Source: an uncultured Chloroflexia bacterium | GTDB taxonomy: Bacteria; Chloroflexota; Limnocylindria; QHBO01 | DNA: 64,000 nucleotides | Assembly: GCA_963827475.1 (NCBI GenBank) | Contig: CAWHAZ010000005.1 | Coordinates: 32,001 to 96,000 of the forward strand | Direction: 5' to 3' | Shown here: positions 10,077 through 20,690 of the stretch, one piece after another | Layout: every line of letters starts with the position of its first letter | Position numbering within the stretch: position 1 is the first letter of the stretch | Made by a program: the position numbers and the translations under genes | Notes under the pieces: model-generated | Told to the model about the DNA's origin: nothing | Databases searched by the model: none | The model's input: only the letters and a program-made list of their open reading frames with translations

Positions 10077-12744
10077 CTACGAGCCGACCTCGGCGGCCAA
10101 GGCATCAACATCGGGCTCCGCGGCCGGGGCCGCGGAGCCCTTCGGGGACGAAGTGCCGAATGTGAGCGCGCCGTCCTTGACATCGACAGCCACGGTGTCG
10201 CCGCGGGTGAACTCTCCGGACAGGACGGCCTTGGCCAACGGGTTCTCGATCGCACGCTGGATGGCGCGGCGCAGGGGCCGCGCGCCGAAGCTCGGGTCGT
10301 AGCCTTCCCGCGCGACGAACCGGCGCGCGGCATCGGTCACCTCCAGCCCGATGCCGGACTCCGCCAGGCGGCCCTGGACGCCGGCCAGCAGCAGGCCCAC
10401 GATCTCCATCAGCTGCGCTTCGTCGAGCGGGCGGAAGACGATGGTCTCGTCGACGCGGTTGAGGAACTCGGGGCGGAAGTGCTCGCGGAGCTGGAGCCGG
10501 ACGGCCTCGGCTGCAGCGTCGAAGGTCTCGGCCCCGCCCTCGGCGGCCTCCACCAATCCGGCGGAGCCGACGTTGCTGGTCATGATCACGACCGTGTTCT
10601 TGAAGTCCACCGTCCGGCCCTGGGAATCGGTCAGGCGCCCGTCATCCAGCAGCTGGAGGAGGACGTTGAACACGTCCGGATGGGCCTTCTCGATCTCGTC
10701 GAAGAGGACGACCTGGTACGGGCGGCGACGGACGGCCTCGGTGAGCTGACCGCCCTCCTCGTAGCCGACGTAGCCCGGTGGCGCGCCGACCAGCCGGGAC
10801 ACCGCGAACTTCTCCATGTACTCGCTCATGTCGATCCGGACCAGCGCGCTCTCGTCGTCGAACAGGAACTCGGCCAGCGCGCGGGCCAGCTCCGTCTTTC
10901 CGACCCCGGTCGGACCGAGGAAGATGAACGAGCCGATCGGCCGCTTGGGATCCTTCAGCCCGGCCCGCGCCCGACGGATGGCGTCGCTGACCGCGGTCAC
11001 CGCCTCGTCCTGGCCGATGAGCCGTTCGTGCAGCCGATCCTCCATCTTCAGCAGCTTCTCGGTCTCGCCCTCCATCAGGCGGGCGACCGGGATGCCGGTC
11101 CAGCGGGCGACGACGGCGGCCACGTCGTCCGCGTCCACCTCCTCCTTGACCAGGACCGATCCGGACGCCTTCAGCTCGCGGAGGGCCTCTTCGCGCTCCG
11201 CCAGCTGCTTCTGGAGCTCCGCCTCGCGGCCGTACTTCAGCTCCGCGGCCTTGGCGTAGTCCGCGGCCCGCTCGGCGGCCTCGATCTCCGGCGCCAGCCG
11301 CTCGAGCGCTTCCCGCGTCCCGCGGATCCCGGCCACGACCTCTTTCTCGCGCTCCCACTGGGACTTCATGACGTCGCCACGCTCGCGCAGGTCGGCGAGC
11401 TCCTTCTCGAGCGCCTCGAGTCGCTTCGTCGAGGCCGCGTCCTTCTCCTTGCGCAGCGCCTCGCGCTCGATCTCGAGCTGCATCCGGCGCCGCTCCAGCT
11501 CGTCCAGCTCGGCGGGCATGGAGTCCATTTCCATCCGCAGTCGCGAGGCCGCCTCGTCGACCAGGTCGATGGCCTTGTCCGGCAGGAACCGCTCGGTGAT
11601 GTACCGATTGGAGAGCACGGCAGCGGCCACCAGCGCCGAATCGGTGATCCGGACTCCGTGGTGGACCTCGTATCGCTCGCGGAGCCCGCGGAGGATCGAG
11701 ATCGTGTCCTCGACGTTGGGCTGGTCGATGATGATCGGCTGGAAGCGGCGCTCGAGGGCGGCGTCCTTCTCGATGTTCTTGCGGTACTCGTCCAGGGTCG
11801 TGGCGCCGATGGCGTGCAGCTCGCCCCGGGCGAGCATCGGCTTGAGCAGGTTGGCCGCGTCCATGGCCCCTTCCGCCGCCCCGGCGCCGACGACGGTATG
11901 CAGCTCGTCGATGAACAGGATGATCTGCCCCTCGGCGGTGGTGACCTCCTTGAGAACCGCCTTCAGCCGCTCTTCGAACTCCCCGCGGTACTTGGCGCCG
12001 GCCACCATCGCCCCCAGGTCGAGGGCCACCACCCGCTTGTCCTTCAGCCCTTCCGGCACGTCGCCGCGCACGATCCGCTGGGCGAGCCCCTCCGCGATGG
12101 CCGTCTTGCCCACCCCCGGCTCTCCGATGAGCACCGGGTTGTTCTTCGTCCGGCGGCTCAGGACCTGGATGACGCGCCGGATCTCCTCGTCACGACCGAT
12201 GACCGGGTCGAGCCGACCCTTCCGCGCCTCCTCGGTCAGGTCGCGCCCGTACTTCTCCAGGGCCTCGTAGGTCGCTTCGGGGTTGTCCGACGTCACGCGC
12301 TGGCTCCCTCGGATCTGGGTCAGGGCCTCCAGGACCGATTTCTCACCGATGCCGGCCGCCGCCAGCAGCCGGGTGGCGGAGCTCGGCGGTTGCGAGGTGA
12401 GGATAGTCAGCAGCAGATGCTCGGTCGAGACGTACTCGTCCCGCAACCGCTCCGCCAGCGGATGGGCATCCGACAGGACGCGACGCGCGTCCTCGGACAG
12501 GGTCAGCTGGGCCGCGCCGCTGACCTTGGGCAGCTTCGCCGAGCTCGTCACGGATCCGACCGGCGATCTGCGCCGGATCATGTCCGGCCCGCTCCAGAAC
12601 GGCCGGGACCACCCCGTCGGGCTGTTCGACCAGGGCGTAGAGCAGATGCAGCGCCTCGAGCTGGGCGTGGCCCTCCCCCTCGGCCAGCTGCTGGGCAGCG
12701 TTGATCGCCTCGGTCGCCTTCTGGGTGAATCGCTCCGTTCTCAC
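10077..12744 (-). CDS. clpB: ATP-dependent chaperone ClpB (frameshift near 12540)
   Basis: GEPGVGKT, middle coiled coil, [24 protein letters not shown]; N-terminus [10 protein letters not shown] in another frame. Confidence 0.95.
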
Positions 12745-12750
12745 GGCTGC

Positions 12751-13572
12751 CTACGGGTTGTCGTCGCCCTCGATGGGGACCAACGGGTTGTCGCCCAGGA
12801 GGCCGAGGCTGATGTATCCGAACATCGGGGGGCTGGTGAATACCCAGCCACCAAGCCATTGGTCCGTGCCCAGGATCAGGTTGCCGGCCACCTGCCACTG
12901 CGGCGTGAAGGCCGTGTTCGGGGGCATCGCATGGAGCTGGTGGAACGGCATGGCCGTGGGGTCCGCGACCAGGAACCCGCCCTTTGCCAAGGTGGTCGTC
13001 CGATTGTGGATCGGCCGGGGGTTGGTGCCTTTCAGGTTCATGTCGTCCCCTCCTGTGAACTCGTCCTTGCCGATTTCGCGCACCTGGCGGGCTCCCACCC
13101 CTTTCATCCAGGCCGCCAGATCGGGCACGCTCTTGTCCGTCGGCTGTGACCCGGGAGCCCGAAGAGGGTCATAGACCCGGATACTGCCGGAGGGCAGGGC
13201 GACCGCGAACACCTCGTGCGTGAATGACCCCGCCTGGGCGCCGACGGGGCTGCCCACCCCGGTCAGGCAGAAGCCCAGGCCAGGGCGGGCAAGGAACGCT
13301 GCCTTGCTGTTGGTGACCGACGGCCCTCGCAGCCGGTGGCCGTAGACCTCCAGGGCCTTCACATCACAGGCGGGCAGGTCCTGGTCCACGTTGGCGACGA
13401 CCTCCAACCGCTCCCGTTCGGCCTGGGTGTAGGGGGCGGGCATGAGGACGCCGCCGTACAGCAGGCCCATCGCGTAGGACGTGGCCACGCACGCCTCGAG
13501 ATCAAGCTCGCTCACCGGGGTGCCAGGGCCCTCTCGCTGGGTCCACACCTCCATGTCTTTGAATTGGCTCAC
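12751..13572 (-). CDS. Peptidase C39-like (papain-fold) protein with C-terminal putative SH3-like domain
   Basis: GGAGG RBS plus GTG; Q...EACVATSYAM, THEVFAV, RVYDP matching C39-like Cys/His/Asp spacing. Confidence 0.6.
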   Translation of the reverse strand: MSQFKDMEVWTQREGPGTPVSELDLEACVATSYAMGLLYGGVLMPAPYTQAERERLEVVANVDQDLPACDVKALEVYGHRLRGPSVTNSKAAFLARPGLGFCLTGVGSPVGAQAGSFTHEVFAVALPSGSIRVYDPLRAPGSQPTDKSVPDLAAWMKGVGARQVREIGKDEFTGGDDMNLKGTNPRPIHNRTTTLAKGGFLVADPTAMPFHQLHAMPPNTAFTPQWQVAGNLILGTDQWLGGWVFTSPPMFGYISLGLLGDNPLVPIEGDDNP

Positions 13573-13591
13573 GTCTGCACCTCCGACAGGT

Positions 13592-14566
13592 TCAACGTTG
13601 GCTCCGCGGATCGGGCTGTGGGTGCGTCTCGGCGAACTGCGCGAATGCTTCGCGCGCCTCTTCGTCGAGGTGAGGCAGGACGGGGCGGACGATGACGTGG
13701 AGGTCGCCCTTCTGGTCCGGCTTGCCGCGCTTTGGCAGCCCGCGGCCACGAAGGGTGATGACCTGTCCGTTCTGGGTGTTCGGTCGGATGCGGAGCTTGA
13801 CCTTCCCGTTCAGGGACGGGACCGGGACCTCCGCGCCGAGGAGGGCCTCGGCCAGGGTGACCGGGAGCTCCGTCGACAGGTCAGCCCCGTCCCGGGCGAA
13901 ACGCGGATGGGGCTTGACCTTGACTGTCAGGGTCACGCCCTGGTCGCGCAGGCGGATCCGCGCCCCGTCCGACACGCCGGCCGGGATCTTCACCTGGAGC
14001 CGGCGGCCGTCGACGGCCACCGTCCGTTCCGTGCCCTTCGCCACCTCGGCGAGCGTCACGTCGACCGTCCCGTGGGCCTCCGCCCGGGGGGTCGCCTGGG
14101 CTGTGGCCTGGAACGCGCCCAGGTCGGATCCGAAGATCGAGCTGAAGCGGGTGCCGCCGCCTGCGCCCGCCGCGCCGCCCGCGCCCATCGGTCCGTCACC
14201 GAAGAACTCGCGGAAGAAATCGGAGAAGCCGCCCACGTCGTCCGGGGTCGAGGTGCGGACGGTCCAGCGCATGCCACCCGGCGCGCCGCCGAAGGCCGAC
14301 CAGTCACCGGCCTGGTTCGGGTCGAACCCGGTCTGCTGGTAGGCCTGCCAGTTCGCGCCCAGCTCGTCATAGCGCTGCCGCTTCTCGGGATCCGAGAGGA
14401 CGGCGTGCGCCTCGTTCACGTCCTTGAACCGCTTCTCGGCATCCGCGTCACCGGGGTTGCGATCCGGATGGTGCTCGCGGGCCAGGCGGCGAAACGCCTT
14501 CTTGATCTCCGCCTGCGAGGCGGACTTGGGGACGCCCAGGACCTCGTAGTAGTCGCGGTACTCCAT
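13592..14566 (-). CDS. DnaJ-class (CbpA/DnaJ2-like) co-chaperone without zinc finger
   Basis: DYYEVLGV, HPD motif, G/F region, DnaJ_C domain. Confidence 0.92.
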   Translation of the reverse strand: MEYRDYYEVLGVPKSASQAEIKKAFRRLAREHHPDRNPGDADAEKRFKDVNEAHAVLSDPEKRQRYDELGANWQAYQQTGFDPNQAGDWSAFGGAPGGMRWTVRTSTPDDVGGFSDFFREFFGDGPMGAGGAAGAGGGTRFSSIFGSDLGAFQATAQATPRAEAHGTVDVTLAEVAKGTERTVAVDGRRLQVKIPAGVSDGARIRLRDQGVTLTVKVKPHPRFARDGADLSTELPVTLAEALLGAEVPVPSLNGKVKLRIRPNTQNGQVITLRGRGLPKRGKPDQKGDLHVIVRPVLPHLDEEAREAFAQFAETHPQPDPRSQR

Positions 14567-14584
14567 GGGCGTCCCCGCCCCGCC

Positions 14585-17119
14585 TTACGCGCCCCCAGTC
14601 GGGGGCGTGACGGGCGGTTGCTTGACCGGCTTGACCGCCGGGGCGGGAACGGCGGCGATCGGCGCCTTCGTGCCCTTCCGCGCCCGACGCGGCTTGCGCA
14701 CCCGGCTCGGGGTCAGCGCCCGCAGGGCAGGCTGCGCCGCGGGTCGGGCCTGGTCCAGGAGGGCGGCGGCCAGCACCTGGTCCATGTGGTCGACACCCAC
14801 GATCTTCAGTTGCTTGCGGACTTCCTCCGGCACATCCACCAGGTCCTTCACATTGCGACCCGGGATGAGCACCGTTTCCACGCCAGCCAGGTGGGCCGCC
14901 AGCAGCTTGGCCTTCAGGCCGCCGATGGGCAGCACCCGCCCGCGAAGCGTGATCTCGCCGGTCATGGCGATGTCGCGCCGCACGGGCCGCCCGGTCAGCA
15001 GGCTGGCCATGGCGGTGGCCATGGTCACGCCCGCCGAGGGGCCGTCCTTGGGCGTCGCCCCGGCCGGGACGTGGACATGGATCGTCTGCTTCTCGAAGAT
15101 GACTGGGTCCAGACCCAACTCCCGACAGCGGGCGCGGAGGTAGGACAGCCCGGCTCGCGCCGACTCCTGCATGACACTCCCGAGCTGACCGGTGAGGATG
15201 AAGTCGTCCTTGCCGTCCATCTTCGTGGCTTCGACCTGGACGATGTCGCCACCGGCATCGGACACGACAAGCCCGGTCACGATCCCGACCTGGTCCTCCT
15301 CCTCCAGCTGGCCGTAGTCGAAGCGGGCCGGTCCGAGGTAGTCCTCGAGCTCGCCCGACTTGACGGTGACTCTGCTCCGCGGCTTGGTGGCCACCTTGCG
15401 CGCGACCTTGCGCGAAATCGAGGCGATCTCCCGCTCGACGTTCCGCACGCCGGCCTCGCGGGTGAAAGCCTGGATCAGGCGGACCAGGGCCTCCTCCTCG
15501 AAGGTCAGCTGCTTGGCCGTCAGGCCGTGGTTCTCCAGCTGCTTGGGGACCAGGAACTGCTGCGAGATCCTCAGCTTCTCGAGCTGGGTGTAGCCCGGGA
15601 GCTGGATGACCTCCATCCGGTCGCGGAGGGCCGGCGGGATGCTGTCGACCATGTTGGCGGTGGCGATGAACAGCACCTTGGACAGGTCGAAGGGCACCTC
15701 CAGGTAGTTGTCCTGGAAGCTGTTGTTCTGCTCGGGGTCGAGGACCTCGAGGAGGGCGGACGACGGGTCGCCCCGGAAGTCCATCCCCACCTTGTCGATC
15801 TCGTCGAGCATGAACACCGGGTTGTTGGTCCCCGCCGTCTTGATAGATTGGATGACCCGACCAGGCAACGCACCGATGTAGGTGCGCCGGTGGCCACGGA
15901 TCTCCGCCTCGTCGTGGATCCCGCCCAGGCTCATGCGGACGAACTTCCGCCCCATGGCCCGCGCGATGGACTTGCCCAGGCTCGTCTTGCCCACGCCCGG
16001 CGGTCCCACGAACAGCAGGATCGGGCTGCGGATCTTCTCGGCCAGCTTGCGCACGGCCATGTACTCGAGAATCCGCTCCTTGGGCTTCTCCAGGCCGTAG
16101 TGGTCCTCGTTGAGCACCTTCTCGGCGTCGTTCAGGTCCAGGTTGTCATCGGTCGTGGTGCCCCACGGCAGCGAGACGAGCGTGTCGACGTAGTTGCGGA
16201 CGACGCCCTGCTCCGGCGAGGCGCTCGGGATCCGGCTCAGGCGATCAACCTCTTTGAGCGCCTTCTCCTTGACCTCGTCGGGCATGGCCGACTCTTCGAC
16301 CTTCTGGCGCAGCTCGTTGACCTCGCCGACCGCCGGGTCGTCCTCGCCGAGTTCCTTCTGGATGGCCTTCATCTGCTCGCGGAGGATGTACTCGCGCTGG
16401 TTGCGGTCCATCTCCGACTTGACCTCGCTCTGGATCCGACCTTTCAGCTCGAGGATCTCGATCTGCTTGGCGAGGAAGACGCTGACCAGGCGGAGCCGAT
16501 CCGCCACCGGGATGGTCTCCAGCAGCTCCTGCCGCAGCTCCGGCGTCATCTCCGGCGAGTAGGCGGCCATGTCGGCCAGCAGCCCGCCATCGGTGATGTT
16601 GCGGGCGGCGACCGCCACCTCGGGTGGGACCGGCGCGCCGGCGGTGACGTACTGCTCGATCTGGGCCTGGATCGACGCCATCAGGGCCTCGATCTCGACG
16701 CCCGACTCCTTCGTCTCGGGAATGAGCTGGACGCGCGCCTCGAGGTGCGGGTCGAGCTGGACCAGGTCCAGCAGCCGGATCCGGCGCTGGCCCTGGACGA
16801 TGGCCCGGATCGTGCCGTTCTGCAGGCGGATGAGCTGCGCGATCTTGGCCAGCGTGCCCACGCTGTGCAGCTCGTCCACGCTGTTGATCTCCTCCGCGTC
16901 GCCGTCGCGCTGGGCGATGAGGGCGACCGGGGAGTTCGCGCGGACGGCGCGCTCGAGGGCCTTGACGCTGCGGTCACGGCCGACCTCGAGCGGAACGATC
17001 ATCTCGGGGAAGATGACGGTGCCGCGCAGGGCGACGAGGGGGAGGACCTGGATCTCGTCCACGGCTTCGTCAGCCGGGGGAGGGGACTCGGGGGTCGGGT
17101 TGTCGGACACGGGGTTCAC
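14585..17119 (-). CDS. lon: Lon protease
   Basis: [30 protein letters not shown], catalytic Lys in IGGLKAK. Confidence 0.97.
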   Translation of the reverse strand: MNPVSDNPTPESPPPADEAVDEIQVLPLVALRGTVIFPEMIVPLEVGRDRSVKALERAVRANSPVALIAQRDGDAEEINSVDELHSVGTLAKIAQLIRLQNGTIRAIVQGQRRIRLLDLVQLDPHLEARVQLIPETKESGVEIEALMASIQAQIEQYVTAGAPVPPEVAVAARNITDGGLLADMAAYSPEMTPELRQELLETIPVADRLRLVSVFLAKQIEILELKGRIQSEVKSEMDRNQREYILREQMKAIQKELGEDDPAVGEVNELRQKVEESAMPDEVKEKALKEVDRLSRIPSASPEQGVVRNYVDTLVSLPWGTTTDDNLDLNDAEKVLNEDHYGLEKPKERILEYMAVRKLAEKIRSPILLFVGPPGVGKTSLGKSIARAMGRKFVRMSLGGIHDEAEIRGHRRTYIGALPGRVIQSIKTAGTNNPVFMLDEIDKVGMDFRGDPSSALLEVLDPEQNNSFQDNYLEVPFDLSKVLFIATANMVDSIPPALRDRMEVIQLPGYTQLEKLRISQQFLVPKQLENHGLTAKQLTFEEEALVRLIQAFTREAGVRNVEREIASISRKVARKVATKPRSRVTVKSGELEDYLGPARFDYGQLEEEDQVGIVTGLVVSDAGGDIVQVEATKMDGKDDFILTGQLGSVMQESARAGLSYLRARCRELGLDPVIFEKQTIHVHVPAGATPKDGPSAGVTMATAMASLLTGRPVRRDIAMTGEITLRGRVLPIGGLKAKLLAAHLAGVETVLIPGRNVKDLVDVPEEVRKQLKIVGVDHMDQVLAAALLDQARPAAQPALRALTPSRVRKPRRARKGTKAPIAAVPAPAVKPVKQPPVTPPTGGA

Positions 17120-17493
17120 CTGCTGCTCGGCTCGGCGACCGGCTGGGCCTCTGGCTCACTGGGGGCCTCGGGCTCCGGCTCGGGTTCGCCCTGGACGTAA
17201 CGTTCGACATCAGCTTCATCGAACAGGTCGTAGACGCGGATCTTGCCGATCGACTCGAGCTGCAGGATGACCTTGACGCCCGCCAGGTTCACCCCCTGGC
17301 GTCGGGTCAGGAAACGGATGATACGCACCCGTTCAATATCGGCCTCCGAGTAGAGTCGGAGGTTGTTGCGCCGATGCGGGCAGACGAGACCCTCCTCGTC
17401 GTAGATCCGCAGCGTGCGGGGATGCACCGCCGCCAGCTCGGCGGCGATGCTGATGAAGTAGCGCGGCCGCTTGCGGTCGCGGTTCCAGGTCAC
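17116..17493 (-). CDS. hspR: MerR-family heat-shock repressor (HspR-like)
   Basis: [21 protein letters not shown]...RLYSEADI...QGVNLAGVK; chaperone operon context. Confidence 0.8.
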   Translation of the reverse strand: MTWNRDRKRPRYFISIAAELAAVHPRTLRIYDEEGLVCPHRRNNLRLYSEADIERVRIIRFLTRRQGVNLAGVKVILQLESIGKIRVYDLFDEADVERYVQGEPEPEPEAPSEPEAQPVAEPSSR

Positions 17494-17912
17494 GCGGTCG
17501 GGACCTTGATCTCGATCTGGCGCGGCTTGGACTCCTCCGCCTTCGGCAGGGACAGTCGCAGCAGCCCGTTCTCGAACGTGGCCTGCGCCTTGTCGCCTTC
17601 GACCCGAACCGGGAGGCGGATCTCACGGTTGAAGGTGCCGATTCGGCGCTCGCGGTAGACGTACTGCTCGCGCTCGACCTGCTCTTCCGCCTTCAGCTCG
17701 CCGCTGATGGTCAGGGTCCGGCCGGTGAGGGTGATGTTCACGTCCTCGGGCTTGATGCCGGGCAGGGAGACGGTGACGACGACGTCGTCATCGGTCTGGT
17801 GGACGTCGACCAACGGGGTCAGCGCCTCGCCGTGGAAGAACCGCCAGGCAAGCGGGCTGAACATGGTGTCGTCGAAATACCGATATGGCTGGATTCGGGT
17901 CAGATGGCCCAT
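17490..17912 (-). CDS. Hsp20/alpha-crystallin small heat-shock protein
   Basis: LPGIKPEDV, ERRIGTFNREIRLP, ATFENGLLRLSLPK; GGAGG RBS. Confidence 0.92.
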   Translation of the reverse strand: MGHLTRIQPYRYFDDTMFSPLAWRFFHGEALTPLVDVHQTDDDVVVTVSLPGIKPEDVNITLTGRTLTISGELKAEEQVEREQYVYRERRIGTFNREIRLPVRVEGDKAQATFENGLLRLSLPKAEESKPRQIEIKVPTA

Positions 17913-17988
17913 GTCGTGGAACCTCCGGATTCGTTGACGGGAGTGGGTTTGTTGGATGGGAAGGCGGCCGGTGGACGGCCGCACGCGC

Positions 17989-18017
17989 ACCCTAAACCCT
18001 GACAATAGCGTTGTCAA
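17989..18017 (-). promoter_or_regulatory. Sigma70-type promoter of heat-shock operon with overlapping palindrome
   Basis: Minus-strand TTGACA-17nt-TAGGGT; TGACAA-N5-TTGTCA at 18000-18016. Confidence 0.7.
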
Positions 18018-18025
18018 CACTCATA

Positions 18026-19462
18026 TCAACGCGAACGGCGGAGAGCCTGCTCCACACGGGTCAGACGTGCGGCCGAGCGCCGGCGCTCGGCATCGGTCAG
18101 GGAACGCCCGCCGTACCGGACCAGCTGGTACGCGGCGGCCAGGCGGGCCATGGCGTCGCCGACCGGTGAATGGCCTCCGGGGCCCGCATCAGCGCCGCCG
18201 GACAGCCGGGCGAGGTGCTGGCGTGGCGACTCGGCCGGGTGACGCGGCCAGCGCCCGTCGGCGGCCAGCGCGTCGAGCGCCAGCAGGTAGGCTCCGACCG
18301 GGTCGTGGCGGTCCTGACGGGGAGCGGCCGCCGGTCGTGCCGGCCGCGGGGGGCGCGGGGCGCGGTCGAACACCACGGTCCGCTCTTCGTGGACCTCCGA
18401 CAGGAGTGCCTCGATCTCGCGCCGCTCCCTCCAGCGCCACCATAGGTACAGGGCCACGGCCGCCAGCTCGAGGGCGATGATCGCCCCGACCACGAGGTAG
18501 AACAGGATGCCGGGCAGCGGGCTGCTGGGCTGCGTCACGCCGGGGTCGATTTGGGGCAGCTCGAGGCCGCCGACCCCAAAACCGGGCGGCAGCACGCCGC
18601 GGACGAGATCGGCCAGCAGGGCGGCGACCAGCACGACCGGCGACAGGACCAGGACCAGGAAGGCCCCGATGACCCGGATCGGGGCCAGCGCGGCGACCAC
18701 CAGCATCTCGAGCGGGACGCCGAGCACGAGGGCGGCCGGGATCCCGATCACGGTCATGCCGAGCGCGACCACCAGCGCGAAGCCGAACCACGAGCCGCCG
18801 CCGGGCCCATCGCCGCGGACGGCCTCCAGCCGGGCCAGGCCGAGAGCGAGGACGCCGGACCCGATGAACACCAGCGAGCCGATGAAGGCGACCGCGGTGA
18901 ACGCGTCGTCGAGCAGCGGTCCGCCGTTGCGGGCCGCGAGATCACCGATGAGCCACGCCCCTGCCAGCAGGGGCAGGCCCCAGCGCATGAGGGCGTCCTG
19001 GATCTCCTCGTCTTCCTCGCGGGAGTGATGGACGTGGCCCCGGTACACCGCCGCCGCACCGATCCAGCCGCCGGCGTGGGCGGCAACGGCCGCCTGCAGG
19101 TCACCCTCGATCAGGGCGATGCGCACCTCCGGCGCGAGGAGCCAGCACACGGTCCCGGCCGCGACCGCGATGGCGGGCAGGCCGAACGCCTCCCAAGCCG
19201 CGGTCCGCCGGCTCGTGCGGCGGGCCCACGCCATGCCGATGCCGGCCAGGATCGCGAACTCCAGCGGACCGATGATCGGCGGCTCCCCGAACAGGGCCTG
19301 GATGGCGGCCGCCACGACCGCCAGCAGACCGCCCTCGGCGAGGCACTGGACGACCGGCAGCATCCGCGACGGGTGGGCTGGCGCCTCCGCGTTCTCGGCC
19401 GTGGGCGGCCGCTGCGGCTCGTCCCCGAGCGCGACCGGGTCAGGCGGTGAGTGCGACCACAT
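18026..19462 (-). CDS. DUF4129-type membrane protein
   Basis: Multi-TM; C-terminal RHPAESPRQH...LAAAYQLVRYG; follows MoxR/DUF58. Confidence 0.8.
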   Translation of the reverse strand: MWSHSPPDPVALGDEPQRPPTAENAEAPAHPSRMLPVVQCLAEGGLLAVVAAAIQALFGEPPIIGPLEFAILAGIGMAWARRTSRRTAAWEAFGLPAIAVAAGTVCWLLAPEVRIALIEGDLQAAVAAHAGGWIGAAAVYRGHVHHSREEDEEIQDALMRWGLPLLAGAWLIGDLAARNGGPLLDDAFTAVAFIGSLVFIGSGVLALGLARLEAVRGDGPGGGSWFGFALVVALGMTVIGIPAALVLGVPLEMLVVAALAPIRVIGAFLVLVLSPVVLVAALLADLVRGVLPPGFGVGGLELPQIDPGVTQPSSPLPGILFYLVVGAIIALELAAVALYLWWRWRERREIEALLSEVHEERTVVFDRAPRPPRPARPAAAPRQDRHDPVGAYLLALDALAADGRWPRHPAESPRQHLARLSGGADAGPGGHSPVGDAMARLAAAYQLVRYGGRSLTDAERRRSAARLTRVEQALRRSR

Positions 19463-20690
19463 CCGCCGTCTCCCAGGCCGGGTCGAGGCGCATGGCTCGC
19501 GCCGTGATCCCGACCGCGCGGGCCTCGGTCACCGCAGTGTCCGTCGCGACCTGGTCCGCGCCCTGGAGGACGAGGACCTCCGTCCCGTACCCGGCGGACG
19601 ACAGCCGGCGGAGGAACCGACCGAGCGGACGCGGCGGTCGAGCGGTGAGGATGACGAGGCTGGTGCCCGCCGGCACCCGCCGGGTGAGCCACGTGAGCAG
19701 GTCGCCCAGCGACCCGGAGCTGATCGGGCCCAGTCGCGCGAGCAGGTCCGTGACCCGCCCCAGCTGGGCCGGGCCGGACCGACCGGGCAGGTACGCCACG
19801 CGCTGGGACGTGCCGGAGAACCCGGCCGCGGCCAGCCCGACCGCTGCCCCGCCGTCGAGCGCGGCCCGGGCCAGCGAAGCGGCGGCCACGCACAGGCCCT
19901 CGAAGGCGTCCGGGTCCCAGGCCATCTCCCAGGCCGGTCCGGGCAGGGTCTGGACGTCCAGGACGAGCACCACCTGGCGCGAGCGTGCCGGTTCCCAGCG
20001 CCGGCTCACCGGGTGGCCGACCCGGGCCGTCGCACGCCAGTGAATCCGCCGCAACGGGTCCCCCGGCTGGAAGGGGCGGACGCCGCCGAACAGGGCCGGG
20101 TCGTGGAACAGGCCCTGGCGGGCTCGCCGCTCGCCGATCGGGGCGCGCGCGGCCCCGGCGTCCATCACCGGCAGCGTGCGCGGGGCGACCACCAGCCGCC
20201 CGGGAAGGGGCCGCTCCTCGGTCACCGCGTGACGGCCGACGAGGTCACGCACGTGGAGCCGGATCGGGCCGAACTCGAAGACCCCGCGCCGCGTGGCCTC
20301 GAGGTGGTAGTGCCGGATGACGCGTTCGTACCAGCCGAGGGCCCAGGTGTTGCGCAGGGAGTTCCGTGCGACGGTCACGTCATCGAGCTCGAGCGACCTG
20401 CGCTCGCGAACCTCGATCCCATCGGTCACCAGGTCGTCGGCCGCCACCCATGGCAGCGGCAGCGCCTTGCGGTTCCAGACCGCCACGTCGAGGGTGACCG
20501 TGTCCCCGGTCACGGCCCGCTCGGTCCCCAGCCGGCGGTCGTAGCTCAGGTTCGCCAGTCCGTAGCGGGTCCACAGCCGCGTCGCGGCCCCGTAGCCGAA
20601 GGTCGCCACGGCCAGCAGGAGGAGCCCCTGGACGTCGGCCACCACGCCGACCAGCGCGGTGGCCAGCGCGAGGGCCGTCCAGCCGGTCAT
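19440..20690 (-). CDS. DUF58 domain protein
   Basis: RRGVFEFGP, GVRPFQPGDPLRRIHWRATAR. Confidence 0.9.
   Translation of the reverse strand: MTGWTALALATALVGVVADVQGLLLLAVATFGYGAATRLWTRYGLANLSYDRRLGTERAVTGDTVTLDVAVWNRKALPLPWVAADDLVTDGIEVRERRSLELDDVTVARNSLRNTWALGWYERVIRHYHLEATRRGVFEFGPIRLHVRDLVGRHAVTEERPLPGRLVVAPRTLPVMDAGAARAPIGERRARQGLFHDPALFGGVRPFQPGDPLRRIHWRATARVGHPVSRRWEPARSRQVVLVLDVQTLPGPAWEMAWDPDAFEGLCVAAASLARAALDGGAAVGLAAAGFSGTSQRVAYLPGRSGPAQLGRVTDLLARLGPISSGSLGDLLTWLTRRVPAGTSLVILTARPPRPLGRFLRRLSSAGYGTEVLVLQGADQVATDTAVTEARAVGITARAMRLDPAWETADVVALTA

Noticed and set aside
13481-17200. Very long antisense ORFs (1239 aa opposite lon/dnaJ, 741 aa opposite clpB, 856 aa opposite hmgA/S8, 759 aa opposite HDAC/kinase)
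   Set aside because: Shadow ORFs expected from high-GC codon bias; no recognisable motifs
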